Part shown: piece after piece, positions 62,018 through 64,000 of the stretch
Layout of the letters: every line of letters starts with the position of its first letter
Numbering within the stretch: position 1 is the first letter of the stretch
Assembly (NCBI GenBank): GCA_002269645.1
Contig: NIVC01001762.1
Span: 124,001-188,000 of the forward strand
From: Macrostomum lignano
Taxonomy: Eukaryota
Length of the DNA stretch: 64,000 nt
Direction: 5' to 3'
Notes under the pieces: model-generated
Database searches by the model: none
Told to the model about the DNA's origin: nothing
Seen by the model: the letters and a program-made list of their open reading frames with translations, nothing else
Position numbers and translations under genes: made by a program

Positions 62018-64000
62018 AACTGAATTGCTAATTGAATTTGACCCTTTTGGTCTGCGGCGCCTGCTGAGTTCGACATCAAACTGAGCTGAATTTCATAACT
62101 GAAGCAACAATAGAGAAATTCAAAGTAGATATTTTAGTCAGACTGACTTTCTTGTAGCGCTTCGGTGTATTTTTCAAAAAATAATAACTAACTGAAGACA
62201 ATAATAAAATGTTTTGCTTACAATATTCTGAGAATAAGTTTTTTTATCAGTGGTTATTTGGTCTCTGTAAGGCGAGCAGACACAAGACAGCAAGAAATAT
62301 TCCATTTCAAGTTCAACCATCCTTTGCTTACAATTTGCTATGATGGGCATCAGTGGTCTGGAAGTTACCAGGCCATGGATGGAGTGAAATCCAAGCAGAC
62401 AACATCCGAAAAACGAGGCCGCTCAAACTCCAGTTGTCTGCAGGTGTAACAATGAGACTTAATTCTGTCGATATGACTGACTGTATAAGATTGTTTTTGG
62501 ACGCAAATCTGACAGAAGAGCATTGTACATTATGTACATTATAACAGATGGTAGTGCTAGAGATGGCACAAAAAAACGGAAGACACGGGACTGAGGTAGG
62601 AGATTAATTTAAGAGAGATCAACTTTGCTTTGATGAAATCCGCCAATCGAAGAAAGAAAGGGATACTAGTTGCTAGGGGGTTGTGGATAGGCTTCTGCGA
62701 TGCTACACAACTGCACCCAATAGCCGGAGAAGTTTGGGCTTGGGTTCCAAACTGACTCACAAGCCGACCCAAGGGTTCGCGTCCCTTCGCACGTGTTCAG
62801 GCAGTTGTAGGACAGGGGTCCGGCGGCGGCAATCTATCCGTGGCCTTGGCTTTTGACTTAGCCGTGTTCTTCAGAGCTGCGGCTCTTAGAAACAGATTCT
62901 ACCCTCTGACCTTAGCGTTGTGTCGTGTAACCTGACTGACCAACTTAATGATAGATAATATTTTACGAATATTTCTACTATAACGTAAATGCTACCTATA
63001 TTATTATTATTGTCTATTACTTATACTGCCACTTTAAGTAGAGTAGTTGATAAATTATCTGTATAATGTATTATTAATCACGTGATATCTCTAGCTCTTG
63101 AATTTATCGATCGTGCAGTTTTTCTAGTGTAGTTAAATTATCGATCATGTAGTTTTTCTTAAATAACAAAAATATAAATAAAGCAACTGTGCGCACCTGG
63201 CACTTTACTGTTCAACTCAACTGGAAAACTTCAAGCCTTGGCTACACAATACTTAGCTTGGTATGCGGCAAGTCCGCAGGCTCCGTAGGCAGCCTCCTCG
63301 TCTCTCTCAAGAGCCCGGTGTGAAGCACCGCGCTGATGGACCATTGGTTCGGCCTCTGACTGGGCTCCTAGCGGCGAGCTTCTCGGTTGCTAGCGGTAGG
63401 GTCGGTAAGAGCTTAAGCCACCTCACGGTCGTTATTCTGGAACGCCAACCGAGGTTGGTACGGTTGGTCAAGCGGATTTTTGCAGCAACTTATGAACTTT
63501 TGGTGCATCCCACTCTAATAGCCCCGCCGACACTCAGCATAATACCGAAATGACACGACCACAGGGCAGCAGGCTCCACATCTCTAAGAAGAAGGCCCGT
63601 AGCATCGCTCGCTTCCAGGAATTCCGCCGGCGCAAAGCGGAAAACAGAGGAGAGCGGAAGCCGCCTCTTCTGCCTCTAAGGAGGATGCCGGCAACTGTAG
63701 CCTGTTGGCTGGAGGTCTTAACCACCGGGTCGGCCGCAGGGAAGCTTCTGCCAGTGCGACAGCCGGTTTTATTCCAGAGCTGGCGGAAAGATTCAAGACC
63801 TGATCGGTCTGAGCAGGGAGGCGCTAGCCATCGAATTCGGAACCTGCTTATTAATTAATCCTAAAGGGGGTCCTCTTCACTCATCACTGTCACCGTCGCT
63901 GTCACCACGCCTCACAGGCCACTCGGAAACAGAAGATACAGCTCAGCCTCACAACCCCACATTGAGGCTTTTTTCCCTTGGCATTGATACACTTGGCATA

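Noticed and set aside
63263-63858. Two consecutive GC-rich ORFs near the window end
   Set aside because: No recognisable motifs or splice pattern; may be part of a repeat continuing outside the window.

Overview
Eukaryotic (metazoan) genomic DNA with GC-rich exons, GT-AG introns and extreme minisatellite density: roughly a third of the window, by my tally of array spans, is tandem repeat. This style is consistent with a free-living flatworm such as Macrostomum, but the organism is an inference. Confidently recognised genes are a 4-exon myogenic bHLH factor (MyoD/MRF family, +, 10199-14433), a class II cap-binding protein eIF4E2/4EHP (-, 29614-31356), TMEM243 (+, 40127-42895), and a tandem pair of secreted PAN/apple-like + fibrinogen-C (FReD) genes, the second disabled by a stop and a frameshift. 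At least two further spliced genes are unrecognised. Mobile DNA includes two copies of a tRNA-derived CORE-SINE, two copies of a 172-bp hairpin MITE with 8-bp TSDs, a candidate Helentron-type non-autonomous element and smaller inverted-repeat elements. The most unusual structures are: (1) two unrelated kilobase-armed inverted repeats, each arm carrying an internal minisatellite, which bracket the MyoD gene; (2) MyoD introns filled with E-box-bearing arrays; (3) minisatellites that appear to be seeded at SINE 5' junctions and at 3' splice sites. Most long ORFs in the supplied track are artefacts of tandem repeats. No prokaryotic system, CRISPR array or rRNA is present.
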